From an uncultured Planctomycetia bacterium (GTDB lineage: Bacteria > Omnitrophota > Gorgyraeia > 1-14-0-20-64-10): 64,000 bases of DNA. The first letter of the stretch is position 1, and every line of letters starts with the position of its first letter. The notes beneath the pieces are model-generated. The model was not told where the DNA came from. It did not search any database and saw only the letters and a list, made by a program, of their open reading frames with translations. The DNA is taken from contig CAYJVR010000003.1 of the NCBI GenBank assembly GCA_964373715.1, positions 47,050-111,049 of the forward strand, given 5' to 3'. Of this stretch, positions 34,876-44,686 are shown piece by piece. Position numbers and translations under genes: made by a program.

Positions 34876-37800
34876 TTACGCGTACATCAAGATGAAGTGG
34901 GCCCTTCCCTCCAGATCGGTAAAAAGTATCCCCTGCACATTCTGCGATGGGGGGATATTCAGCGTGTTTCGGAAAATCAGAACAAGCATCTGGACAGGGT
35001 CCAGGGCGGACACCGCCTCGGCTGTCGGATAAACGCGCACAGAGGCCATTTTCTCTGGCTTTACCTTCAGAGAATCCAGCATTTCGTTTTCGAGGATCAA
35101 GCCTATCTCTCCCCAGTTAAACCTGCGGAGCTCCTCTTCGGTCTCCGGAAGGACGGCCAACCGGAACGCAACACCGGCCAGAGGACCGGGCAGATGCTCC
35201 TTCGCTACCTTGTACAGTTCGGAACTTTGGACGTAAACGGGAACAACCGTCAAATCGAGCGTTGCCGTCACCGCCCGAGCTCCCTGCCTCCCCATGAACT
35301 CCTCTATCCTGTTCTGCTGTTTCTCAGTTAAGCGGCTGGAATATTCCGGCAGATAACTTTCCAAAATAGTTTTGGCGGTATGAATCTCTATGCCTTGAAT
35401 CGTCAGCGGCACAGCGGATATCTCTTTCCGGAAGGCGCTGCCGCCGACTCCGGTTTGCTTAAAATCAAACCTGCCTGCAATCCGGGCCATTTCACCGTTG
35501 TCCGACGAGTCGTTCACCCGTACCTCCTGCACCCCCGGTACCACCATTAAAGACCACAGAAGCTCCTGAAATATCCTCGCGCCTATTCCGACGGTCTGCA
35601 GGTCCTGTTGGACAGTAAATTCCGATATCCGCCCAACTGAAGGGGCCTCAGCATCGATCTCCGCGACCCCGAACCCAATAAGATCACTTCCCCGTCGCGC
35701 CCCCACGGCAAAACGTCCGTCTGCCTGAGACAACAGCTCCACGACGGCCTGGATGGGGGAGGGGTTTTCTTCCAAACTGGGAGCCAATCCGGCCGGCCCG
35801 CCCCGCAAGACCGGCTTCGGGAGATCCACCCTTCTCAACGGAAGCTTCATGACTTCTTGATTCTTCGCGTAGGAATACCACCGCATAGGAACCGCCAGAT
35901 ACTGCGCCTCCGATACGGAGCTGGCATGGACCATCACCACCTCGTTCATCCAAAGGGAGGGCTCAAAAGGCCCCCCTTCGTCCCACCGGCCGAAATTCAC
36001 CCTCAAGTTGTATTCGGAAAGATCCGGATAAACGAACTGCACAATCTCCGGCGTTGCGGCGTACACGAGAAAATTATTGCCCCGCGCCCAATCGGCAATG
36101 AGATCAATAGCTCCGCGTCTCCAAACATCCAGAGTACGGCACTGCAGCTGGTTGAACTTTTTATAGCCGTCGCCCGGCCGGGCTTCCTGAATCAAGACGG
36201 CAATCCGACCCTGTTTTGTCAAATAGGTGCTGACGAGAATCTGGCCGAACGCGCCTGGAGCCGCGGCGTAGTCCCCTCCTCCGTTAAACTGAAGAACCTG
36301 CAGCTCGGGATGGCTCTGAAAATCGCCGTAGGGAAAAACCTGGACTCTGTCATACTGACCTACCTGCATCTGGGCTTCCATGTTCCCGTACCGCTCTGTC
36401 TTCCAGCTAAATCTCCCGTTGGTCTTCAGCCAGCCCGCCAGATTACGGGAGAACACTCCCGGCACTTCAACCCCGCGCAACTCCGTCACAAACCCTCCGG
36501 GGCCGGCGGCAAACTCCGGCCTGAGAGCCCGCCAATAACGGCTCGGGAATAGCACTCCCGGCACCGGTTCATAACCCAGACTGCGGGCGGCGGCAACAAT
36601 CGGCTCATCCGGGTCATCGGCGCTCACTAAAGAGATCCCAATCCCCTGCTTTTCGAAATGGGCCTGGGCGGAGGCAAGCAGATTTCGGCTGGTTTTCGCG
36701 TCACGGTACGCCGGCAAAAGGACAAGCTCTGAAATTTGTCCGATCGATGCCGGGAAATCTTTCAGCGCACGAACGCGGACCTCGGCGAGCGCGTAACCCA
36801 CCACCCGGCCGGAACCTTCGTTCGCCACAACCAAAACCCCGAGGTCCGGGTTGCGGATCATCTCCCGGAAAAATCCCTTGCCCCCATCCTTGCCGGACTG
36901 TTTTGTCTCTAGCCCGGCTTGCTGTCTGAGTTGGATAACTTGGCCGAGGATCGGCTCTAAAACACTGTCGTCCCGGTTCTGAACGGGCCTGACCCCAATC
37001 TCTTCCAGGCCTGCCTCCGGCCCATTTGGGACCACCGGCTGCTGGGGCTCTGCCGGCAACTGCGCGGCGGCTGGAGGCTGCGCCGGCCGGCCGATATAGC
37101 GGTACCAGTTGAACTCTTTTGATTCATCGGTAAAATGGGATCTGCGCAAAATAAGAGGAACCGTTTCCCACCGCCGCGGCTCACGATCGGCCACCGGTAA
37201 ATAATAGTTGTACTGGATTGTCTTTTGCCGGATATCCGGCCGCTGTCCGCGCGCCTGTTCCGGCCGAATCAGATAGACCTCCATCCCCTGGCGCTTTCCC
37301 CATTCGCCGATGGCTTCAATGATTTCAGAGCGGATCTCGATTTCGTCCGGATGCTCCAAATTCAGCGGCCCGGCCAAGATCTGAACCCTTTCGATCACGA
37401 TGGCATCCTTGCCCTGCTCATCCTCATACCGGTCTAAGTAAACATGAACAAGCGCCCTGCCCAAATGAAAGTAATTTTGCCAAAGAAGGTTCCGCACCAA
37501 AAAATCATTTAACTCCGGACTGGTTTCAACCCACTCATTCAGGGCAATAGCGCCGATGATATTAAACGGCTTATCCCTGTCCACAAACCGGAGCGCAACC
37601 CGGGCCCGCCCATAATGTTCCGTATCCCTCTGAATCTCGCCGTACTGGATAAGGTACTGGTCCAGTTTGTCGGCCAAATCTCCCATCTTCACACGCATGA
37701 GGACCGGCGCCTTGGAAACCTCTGGTTCCTCCATGCCAGCCTTTCCTTTATAGAGAAACCAGAAGGCTTCCCCCTCCAACGTTGTGAGCAATGAGCCTGA

Positions 37801-38577
37801 AATCTTCAGAGGGGCCGATTCCCACGCCGCCCCATCGACAGACTCTTCATAGTTGCGCAGTCTGGTTGCCTCCCTCATATTGGGAAGGACCTTTTGAATA
37901 AGATCCGGCTGTATGAGATGTACAGGAATGCCGCGCGCTCTGCCCCACTCCCCGATCGCCTCCAGCAGAAGCGAGAGCCTGCCGGAAATCTCTTCCGAAT
38001 GATCCAAGCGGTCCACCCCGGCTAAGACCTCCACCCTTTCAATAAGCAGATGGTCTTTCCCTTCGGCCGTCTGGTAGCGGGCCAGCGACACCTGGACAAG
38101 CCCAGGGCCCAGATCCTCATAATTCCAGTTTGGAAGAACAACCAGATTCCCCTGGAGAACAGGCTGTGCCGACACCCATTCCCATGCCCCCAAAAGGGCC
38201 GCGGTGCCGGTAGCCTCGTCGTTCTGCACTATCCGCATGAAAACTCTCGCCTGGCCGTAGGCGGCCGTATCAAACCGGCTCTCTCCCCTCCGGGTCAACG
38301 CCTGGTCGAGATCTTCGGCAAGATCCCCTAAGGGGACCCGTTTCAAAACAAGCGGTTTTCCTTGCCGGACGGAAGGAGATTTTGGCCTGGAGATTTCCAG
38401 GGTAGCCGGCTGGGAGACGCCCGGAAGGCTGGACTTTGACTGGGGCACATCCACCAGGGAGTTGACGAGCTGCTGATCGAGACTCGCCCCTTCCGACGCG
38501 TTAGTTTGGCGCATCGCGAAGGCAGGCGAAGGTGTGGCAAGCAATAAGCTTAAACCAACGCTTATTGCCCGGCGCAT
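34876..38577 (-). CDS. Large secreted hypothetical protein: signal peptide, tandem duplicated ~200-aa domain of unknown function, then two GNAT-like acyltransferase-fold domains
   Basis: Signal peptide MRRAISVGLSLLLATPSPAFA. Residues ~85-290 and ~300-510 are clear paralogous repeats (VLKRVPLGDLAEDLDQ... versus VLMRVKMGDLADKLDQ..., both carrying an IERVxxLAG...EAIGEWGxxxG motif). There is a GNAT motif-A-like VQQDLQTVGIGARIF near residue ~1000 and a degenerate GNAT around residue ~650. The ORF track starts it 11 codons further upstream (38610). Confidence 0.6.
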   Translation of the reverse strand: MRRAISVGLSLLLATPSPAFAMRQTNASEGASLDQQLVNSLVDVPQSKSSLPGVSQPATLEISRPKSPSVRQGKPLVLKRVPLGDLAEDLDQALTRRGESRFDTAAYGQARVFMRIVQNDEATGTAALLGAWEWVSAQPVLQGNLVVLPNWNYEDLGPGLVQVSLARYQTAEGKDHLLIERVEVLAGVDRLDHSEEISGRLSLLLEAIGEWGRARGIPVHLIQPDLIQKVLPNMREATRLRNYEESVDGAAWESAPLKISGSLLTTLEGEAFWFLYKGKAGMEEPEVSKAPVLMRVKMGDLADKLDQYLIQYGEIQRDTEHYGRARVALRFVDRDKPFNIIGAIALNEWVETSPELNDFLVRNLLWQNYFHLGRALVHVYLDRYEDEQGKDAIVIERVQILAGPLNLEHPDEIEIRSEIIEAIGEWGKRQGMEVYLIRPEQARGQRPDIRQKTIQYNYYLPVADREPRRWETVPLILRRSHFTDESKEFNWYRYIGRPAQPPAAAQLPAEPQQPVVPNGPEAGLEEIGVRPVQNRDDSVLEPILGQVIQLRQQAGLETKQSGKDGGKGFFREMIRNPDLGVLVVANEGSGRVVGYALAEVRVRALKDFPASIGQISELVLLPAYRDAKTSRNLLASAQAHFEKQGIGISLVSADDPDEPIVAAARSLGYEPVPGVLFPSRYWRALRPEFAAGPGGFVTELRGVEVPGVFSRNLAGWLKTNGRFSWKTERYGNMEAQMQVGQYDRVQVFPYGDFQSHPELQVLQFNGGGDYAAAPGAFGQILVSTYLTKQGRIAVLIQEARPGDGYKKFNQLQCRTLDVWRRGAIDLIADWARGNNFLVYAATPEIVQFVYPDLSEYNLRVNFGRWDEGGPFEPSLWMNEVVMVHASSVSEAQYLAVPMRWYSYAKNQEVMKLPLRRVDLPKPVLRGGPAGLAPSLEENPSPIQAVVELLSQADGRFAVGARRGSDLIGFGVAEIDAEAPSVGRISEFTVQQDLQTVGIGARIFQELLWSLMVVPGVQEVRVNDSSDNGEMARIAGRFDFKQTGVGGSAFRKEISAVPLTIQGIEIHTAKTILESYLPEYSSRLTEKQQNRIEEFMGRQGARAVTATLDLTVVPVYVQSSELYKVAKEHLPGPLAGVAFRLAVLPETEEELRRFNWGEIGLILENEMLDSLKVKPEKMASVRVYPTAEAVSALDPVQMLVLIFRNTLNIPPSQNVQGILFTDLEGRAHFILMYA

Positions 38578-38747
38578 TGAGAGTGGCGTGTAGGCAGAAT
38601 CTATGATCATCTTATCTTTACAATCCAGTCAACCTATTAAGAAGTATGTCTGAAACAGGGCTAGAAATACAAGGGATAAAACAAGATTTATATTCCTTTA
38701 CTAGCTGAACGTGGGATTATTGTCATTGCGGGGGTTTACGCTGGCTT

Positions 38748-39878
38748 CTAGGAGAGTTCGAGGAACTTCGGGAAGGAGGTTAAGATTTCACAACCGGTTT
38801 CGGTAACCAAAACATCATCTTCGATCCGGATGCCGCCTACCCCGGGATAATAAAGCCCCGGCTCCACCGTGACAATCTGCCCTGCTTGGAGAATATCACT
38901 GACCCCGCCGATCCGGGGAGCTTCATGGATCTCCAGCCCCAAACCGTGACCGGTGCCGTGAAAGAAGCCGGTCATCCGGCCGTTTTTCTCGCCGGTTTTG
39001 AACCCTTCCTTATCGAAATAATCCAGAATCGCCTGGTGGATCTTCTGCCCGTCCTCGCCGGCCTTGACCCTATCGAAGCCGATCTGCTGGCCGTGCTGAA
39101 CAGCGGCGTACATCCGCTTAACCTCTGGGCTCGCGGTGCCGCGCAAAACGGTGCGGGTAATGTCTGCGTAGTAGCGGCTCTTCTGAGAAACAGGAAACAC
39201 GTCCAGCACGATCGGCATATGGGCCTTGAGCGGCCCGAACCCAATGCAGTGGGGATCGCAGGCCTGGTTGCCGCCGGCGATGATCGTTTCCCTGGCGAGG
39301 CAGTCGGAACCCATGAGACTCAGGTGCATGTATTTCCGGAGCAGTTCGGAGGTCAACGGCTGGCCTTTCAGCCACAGTTCGCCGTTCTTGATCTCCGACT
39401 GCTGGATCAGCCCGATCGTGGATTTCAGCGCATCTTCCGTCATGCGGATTGTTTCGCGGACGGCATCCACTTCCTCTTTGGTCTTGATCATCCGCTGAGG
39501 CAGAAACGGCTCTGGGCCGACAACCAGCTCGTATCCTTTGGCGCGGAGCTTATCGGCCAGCACCACCGGAAAAGTGGCCGGCACCTTGAGAGAAACGACG
39601 GAATTCTCCTTAAGAACCAGGTCCAGCGCGTCGAGCATGCCGGGATTGGCGACGCCATCAGCCTTCGCTTTCGCCAGAAGCCGGGAAACGGAAAGGACTT
39701 CATCCACCGATGATTCCGCCCTGGCCCGGTCCACCTCCAGGTCGCTCATCAAAAGAAATTTGCGGCCGGCGATCTGAACGAAGACAAACGGATCCGGCGC
39801 CCAGAAATGGGTGGCGTAGTAGAGGTTGGCGTCCTGCTCGCTCGCCGCGATGATCAACAGAGTCTCTTTACCCGCCAT
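38748..39878 (-). CDS. M24 family metallopeptidase (Xaa-Pro aminopeptidase/dipeptidase)
   Basis: Creatinase N-terminal domain plus a pita-bread domain with HGxGHxxGLxxHE and an EPG motif. Confidence 0.85.
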   Translation of the reverse strand: MAGKETLLIIAASEQDANLYYATHFWAPDPFVFVQIAGRKFLLMSDLEVDRARAESSVDEVLSVSRLLAKAKADGVANPGMLDALDLVLKENSVVSLKVPATFPVVLADKLRAKGYELVVGPEPFLPQRMIKTKEEVDAVRETIRMTEDALKSTIGLIQQSEIKNGELWLKGQPLTSELLRKYMHLSLMGSDCLARETIIAGGNQACDPHCIGFGPLKAHMPIVLDVFPVSQKSRYYADITRTVLRGTASPEVKRMYAAVQHGQQIGFDRVKAGEDGQKIHQAILDYFDKEGFKTGEKNGRMTGFFHGTGHGLGLEIHEAPRIGGVSDILQAGQIVTVEPGLYYPGVGGIRIEDDVLVTETGCEILTSFPKFLELS

Positions 39879-40368
39879 AGTGCCATCCTGTCTCTTGAAG
39901 CGTTAAGGGGTCCACGTCCCTGTGCAGTCCGACATTCACCACTTCCCCGACCACGATCCCATGATCCCCTCCGGGATGGATGCCGCGGACCTCGCACTCA
40001 ATATAAGCGGCCGCCTCCTCTAAAACAGGGGCGCCGGTCCTCTCGCCTAGCCTATACCGAATCCCTTGAAGCTTGTCGGCCCCCAAATGGGCGGGTTTAA
40101 GAAAATGCTGAGCAAGCTGCTTCTGCCCTCTTTCTAGGATGTTGATAACGAAAACCCTGCTCTCCTCGATCATACGAAAGGAGACCGATTCCTTGTTCAC
40201 GCCGAAAACGATGAGCGGAGGCTTGAAAGAAATCTGGGAAATCCAGGTGGCCGTAAAAGCGTTAAGTTTATTCTTGTCTTTAACGCCGGCCACATAGACC
40301 CCGTGAACGATCTTCCGCAAAACCTTCTTTTTAAGTTCTTGATCCATGTCCTGGACATTATCGTACAA
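39868..40368 (-). CDS. Flavin reductase family protein (FMN-binding split barrel)
   Basis: 166 aa with the conserved NAFTATWISQISFKPPLIVFGVNK region. Confidence 0.7.
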   Translation of the reverse strand: MYDNVQDMDQELKKKVLRKIVHGVYVAGVKDKNKLNAFTATWISQISFKPPLIVFGVNKESVSFRMIEESRVFVINILERGQKQLAQHFLKPAHLGADKLQGIRYRLGERTGAPVLEEAAAYIECEVRGIHPGGDHGIVVGEVVNVGLHRDVDPLTLQETGWHYGG

Positions 40369-40386
40369 AGAAGATTATTTGTCTCC

Positions 40387-41616
40387 TCATTGCAAGCGCC
40401 CGCCTAAGGCGGGTCCGCCTCCGGAGGACAACGCCGTCTCGTTTTTTAGCCGAGACGCGAACACCAGAGAAACAAGCGCGATCAGGCATCCCGTCCAGTA
40501 AGGGGCGGCCCCCATAAAAGAGCCGGAATGGGAAAAATCAAGGTCCAAGAGCCAGCCGCCCAAAACAGGGCCGATTATTCTCGCGAAAGAGGCGGAGGAC
40601 TGCATCGCCCCTAAAACCCTTCCCTGGAACAACGTGCCGACCGATTTGGAAGCAAGAGAGTTCAATGGAGCCGCTACAAAACTGTGCCCAACGGCAATCG
40701 CGCCGGTCGCCCATAAGAGAAGAACATGCGTCGAACTGAACGGCAGCGCAAGAAAACCAGCCGAGAGGACAACCGCGCCGAGAACCGTCAATCCCTTATC
40801 ACCGAGGATCTTAACGAGCGCGCCAAGCATACCCCCCTGTATCAGAGCACTCACGAGTCCCAACCCTGCGAAGATGTAGCCTATCTGCAGCGCGCTGTAG
40901 CCAAAGCGGTGTGCAGCGAAAAGCGGGTATGTCGCCGTCAGCATCGAGAAAGCAACCGTCACAAAGAAGTAAGTCGCCAGCACAATCTGGACGTTGCCTC
41001 CTTTAGACTCCCGGAGAATCTGCGTAAGCGCGGGCCCTTTTTGGGCGGCCCCCCGGTGTTCGGCGGAAAGGCTCTCAGGCAGGAAGAAATAGACCAAAAG
41101 GGCATTGAGGAGGGCCAGGCCGGCGGCAAAAAAGAATGGGGCAGATAGGGAAATCCGGCTCATTACGCCGCCGATCGCCGGGCCGAAGATGAACCCAAGG
41201 CCGAAAGCGGCGCCGATAAGCCCCATTCTTTTGGAACGCTGCTCAGGGGGCGTGATGTCGGCGATGTAAGCCTGGGCGGTGGAAACATTGCCTCCGGTAA
41301 TGCCGTCAATAATCCTGCCGGCGAACAGCAGCGGAAGCGCTTTTGCCGCACCCATCAGTACAAAACCGGCTGCGGTACCAGCGATGCTTAGGAGCAGGAC
41401 CGGCCTCCGGCCCACCCGGTCGGAAAGCTTTCCGAGAACGGGCGCGAAAACCACCTGAGCGATCGAGTAGACCGCCACGAGGAAACCGATCACAAGAGGG
41501 CTGGCCCCGAAACGCTGAGCGTACAAAGGCAGAACCGGTATGACGATGCCGAAACCAATCAGGTTAATAAAAACCGTGGCGAAAATAAGCCCCAATTGAG
41601 AGCGCTGGCTATTCAC
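40387..41616 (-). CDS. MFS transporter
   Basis: 12 TM helices and the GKLSDRVGRRPVLL MFS signature. Confidence 0.85.
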   Translation of the reverse strand: MNSQRSQLGLIFATVFINLIGFGIVIPVLPLYAQRFGASPLVIGFLVAVYSIAQVVFAPVLGKLSDRVGRRPVLLLSIAGTAAGFVLMGAAKALPLLFAGRIIDGITGGNVSTAQAYIADITPPEQRSKRMGLIGAAFGLGFIFGPAIGGVMSRISLSAPFFFAAGLALLNALLVYFFLPESLSAEHRGAAQKGPALTQILRESKGGNVQIVLATYFFVTVAFSMLTATYPLFAAHRFGYSALQIGYIFAGLGLVSALIQGGMLGALVKILGDKGLTVLGAVVLSAGFLALPFSSTHVLLLWATGAIAVGHSFVAAPLNSLASKSVGTLFQGRVLGAMQSSASFARIIGPVLGGWLLDLDFSHSGSFMGAAPYWTGCLIALVSLVFASRLKNETALSSGGGPALGGRLQ

Positions 41617-41623
41617 GAAGAAT

Positions 41624-42520
41624 TCACCATCCCAAAAAACCGGCCTTCACCCGCTCCTTGAGCCAGAGCGCTATCTCAGGGCTCGGCAGCAAGGTCTCCC
41701 CGCTGAAAACATAGTCCAGACCGGCAAGCCTCTCGGCAATCTTCTTTTCGATCCCCCCTTTCGAAATCAACAGGGGAATAATAATCACCCTGTAAGAGGC
41801 GCTCAGTATCCGCACCTGTTCACGCAGTTTTTGGGTCGCGGCGTTTCGGATCTCCCCCGGGGCATCATCCTGAAGGGTCGCCAACTCCAAAACGGGGTAC
41901 CGCCCCTTCTCTTTAACAAACAACCCGAGCGATTCCATCTCAGAAAGCCAAGCCCTATTGTCCTCCTCCGTTTCAGGGCCGTGCGCCACAAGGACTACGG
42001 CCTCCTCGGCCGGTTTTCGGCTCAAGCGCCTGACCCGCTTTAAAAGAACTCCGGCCACGTAAGGGGAATCATCCAGCGCGGGACTCATCTGAACTCGGAT
42101 CCCCGGCCGGACATTCACCGGCGCGACAGGATGATGCTCCGGCCAGGAGGGGTCCTTCCTCAAACCCAAAAGATATTCGTACTGCCTATAGACGCTTGAG
42201 TGAGACGAAACAAGCAGAGGGATCGCGAGGATCTTGGTTACCCCGGCCTCCTGCAACCTGTCAACGGCCGATTGAAGAGCGTTGACCTCTTCGGACATCA
42301 TCCCCATGCCAAAGGAGATTTCCACCGGCAGAGTAATGCCCGCCTCTTTGACCGTTTCCTTGATCTGGGCATTCCAACCGGCAGTTCCGCCGTGCGCGAG
42401 GATCAGTACCCCGCTGTGCTCCGTTTCCGTAAACGTAGGAGAAACCCAGAGAACGACAAAAACGGCGGCAAGAAAGCGGACGCTTGCAATGACGGGATAT
42501 TTATTTATGAACCGTTCCAT
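41624..42520 (-). CDS. CbiX/SirB-type sirohydrochlorin chelatase family protein (duplicated-domain long form) with an N-terminal hydrophobic anchor or signal
   Basis: Two repeats with LILAHGG... and LVAHGPE... Confidence 0.65.
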   Translation of the reverse strand: MERFINKYPVIASVRFLAAVFVVLWVSPTFTETEHSGVLILAHGGTAGWNAQIKETVKEAGITLPVEISFGMGMMSEEVNALQSAVDRLQEAGVTKILAIPLLVSSHSSVYRQYEYLLGLRKDPSWPEHHPVAPVNVRPGIRVQMSPALDDSPYVAGVLLKRVRRLSRKPAEEAVVLVAHGPETEEDNRAWLSEMESLGLFVKEKGRYPVLELATLQDDAPGEIRNAATQKLREQVRILSASYRVIIIPLLISKGGIEKKIAERLAGLDYVFSGETLLPSPEIALWLKERVKAGFLGW

Positions 42521-42524
42521 GAAA

Positions 42525-43307
42525 TCAGCGGGCCTCTTTCAGCAAGCGCGCGTACGCTTTAAGCATTTTATTCCTGACCTGCACCGCTAACAAATGGATG
42601 GAGCGCGGATCACTGTCCTTCGGATAAACCGGCGGAAGCACTTCGATATAAAGGGTGGTGCCGGCGCGGAAGATCCAGCTCCTGCGAGGCAGCATCTGTC
42701 TTGCCCCAACGACAACAACCGGAACAATCGGGATCCCGGTCGCCACCGCCAGTCGGAATCCCCCGGTCTGAAACCGGGAAAAAAGTCCCGTACGGCTACG
42801 GGTCCCCTCCGGAAAAATAAAGACCGAAACACCCCGGGAAAGCCACTCTTTCGCCTGCTCCAGAGAGCGGATGCCGTCTTTTGGGTTCCCCCGGTTGACT
42901 GGAATATATCCCGACATCCGCATCGCCCACCCAAAAAATGGAATATGGAAAAGACCGGCATCCGCCATCCATTTAAAATGACGCCGAACGTGGAAAAGAA
43001 GAGGGACATCCACATAACTTTGATGGTTCGCCATGAAGATAACGGGGCCCTGCGTAAGAACAGATTCCGCACCGGTTACCTTCACGGAGGAACCCGGAGC
43101 CAGCGCCACGAGGTTACGGCCCCACATCGAGGCGAAACCATGGGCCAACTCCAGCCGAGGATCAACAACCCGCCGGAGCAGGAAAACGACCGAGATCGGA
43201 ACGCACCAGAAGACCGTCACGAACGAGATCCCCATCCAGGCACCGGCTGAAAGAACCGTTTCAACCAGGTTTGGTTTCCTCCCTGCACAGGAAAGCCCTG
43301 AATTCAT
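42525..43307 (-). CDS. plsC: 1-acyl-sn-glycerol-3-phosphate acyltransferase
   Basis: HxxxxD motif (NHQSYVD) and FPEGTRS motif. N-terminal TM. Confidence 0.85.
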   Translation of the reverse strand: MNSGLSCAGRKPNLVETVLSAGAWMGISFVTVFWCVPISVVFLLRRVVDPRLELAHGFASMWGRNLVALAPGSSVKVTGAESVLTQGPVIFMANHQSYVDVPLLFHVRRHFKWMADAGLFHIPFFGWAMRMSGYIPVNRGNPKDGIRSLEQAKEWLSRGVSVFIFPEGTRSRTGLFSRFQTGGFRLAVATGIPIVPVVVVGARQMLPRRSWIFRAGTTLYIEVLPPVYPKDSDPRSIHLLAVQVRNKMLKAYARLLKEAR

Positions 43308-44686
43308 GAGCGGTCATCCGAACGCTGGAGCGGAAACTCACGCTTCACCCACGCACCCGCTTCTTCAAAAGAGGAGAGCTCCCCCTCCAATTGACGTTCC
43401 TCCACGGATTTTAAAATCGCGCCGATCAACGGCCCTTCCTGATAGCCCATCCCAAGCAGGTCTTTCCCATTCATCAGGGGGTTCGGCTTGATCTCCTCGA
43501 CCGATAATTCTTTCTGCTTCGCCTTAAGAAAAGTCCAGTTGGTCAAATCTTTATGCGACGCCAAGCAATCGGCTCTGTGCAACTTCATCTGATCAGCAAA
43601 CGTCGGCGCAGCCATAAACCGCTTCAGCGTCGAGAGGCGCATGTTCCGGACATCCTTGAACCGCATGTGGTCCGCTACGAGCTCCGTGATTTCCTCCGTT
43701 TCAACGTTGGAAAATTTCAGGCGCCGGCAGATCTTCGTCGCCATCGAGGCGCCGACCCTGTCATGGCCGTCAAAACGGATCCTTTCAGCCACCTTGAAAG
43801 TGGGCGGCTTGCCCACATCATGCAGAAGACCACCGATGGCCAAAACCGTTGAGGGGCCTTTCAAGTGGTCGAGCAAAAGCTTCGTGTGGATGAACACGTC
43901 CCCCTCCGGGTGGAATTCCGGCGGCTGAGCCACCCCCTTCATCACCGATACCTCCGGAAGGATCACCGGCAGGAGCCCGCTCTCATCCAGCAGAGTCAAT
44001 CCCCGTCCCGGATGAGCCCCCGTAAACATCTTGACGAGCTCGTCCCGCACCCTTTCACTGCTGACATCGGTAATCTCTTTCGCCGCCTCCCGGACCGCCT
44101 GGAAAGTGGCCGGATCAATCGAGAAATCGAGGACGGTGGCCAGACGGACCGCACGAAGCATCCTTAAACGGTCCTCTTTAAAACGATGAGCCGGATCCCC
44201 TATAGCCCGGATAACTCTCTTCTTTAAATCGGCCTGCCCGCCAACGTAATCAATCACCCTCTCCTTCAACGGGTCAAAAAAGAGACCGTTGACCGTGAAA
44301 TCTCTGCGCAGCGCGTCTTGCTTCGGCGTTGAAAAGACAACCCCTTCGGGACGGCGGCCATCCTTGTAGGCAAGGTCGGTGCGGAAGGTCGCCACCTCAA
44401 ACGGGTGCCCACCTTTTAAAACGATCTGAACCCCGAACTGGGCACCGACCGGTATCGTCTTTTGGAAAATGGACGCCACCTGCTCAGGCAAAGCGCTGGT
44501 GGCGATATCAAAATCTTTCGGCGCGCGCCCCATTAAAAGGTCCCGGACGCAGCCGCCCACCAGCAGGGCTTCATGCCCAGCGGCATGGAGCTTTTTAACC
44601 AGCTCAACCGCGGCCTTGTAGGGAGCTGTTTTTTTAAAAACCGGTTTCTTCTTCACGGGAACTCGCATAGCTCGCCATTTTAACAC
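43304..44686 (-). CDS. cca: CCA tRNA nucleotidyltransferase (Pol-beta NT domain plus HD domain)
   Basis: GGxVRD motif, RRD motif, and a C-terminal HD region (LHDVGK). Confidence 0.85.
   Translation of the reverse strand: MLKWRAMRVPVKKKPVFKKTAPYKAAVELVKKLHAAGHEALLVGGCVRDLLMGRAPKDFDIATSALPEQVASIFQKTIPVGAQFGVQIVLKGGHPFEVATFRTDLAYKDGRRPEGVVFSTPKQDALRRDFTVNGLFFDPLKERVIDYVGGQADLKKRVIRAIGDPAHRFKEDRLRMLRAVRLATVLDFSIDPATFQAVREAAKEITDVSSERVRDELVKMFTGAHPGRGLTLLDESGLLPVILPEVSVMKGVAQPPEFHPEGDVFIHTKLLLDHLKGPSTVLAIGGLLHDVGKPPTFKVAERIRFDGHDRVGASMATKICRRLKFSNVETEEITELVADHMRFKDVRNMRLSTLKRFMAAPTFADQMKLHRADCLASHKDLTNWTFLKAKQKELSVEEIKPNPLMNGKDLLGMGYQEGPLIGAILKSVEERQLEGELSSFEEAGAWVKREFPLQRSDDRS

Noticed and set aside
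38611-38747. AT-rich region upstream of the large secreted-protein gene as a mobile-element end
   Set aside because: It has no inverted repeats, no integrase or transposase and no tRNA nearby. It is more simply a promoter region, and it contains only a short relic of the R1 11-mer.
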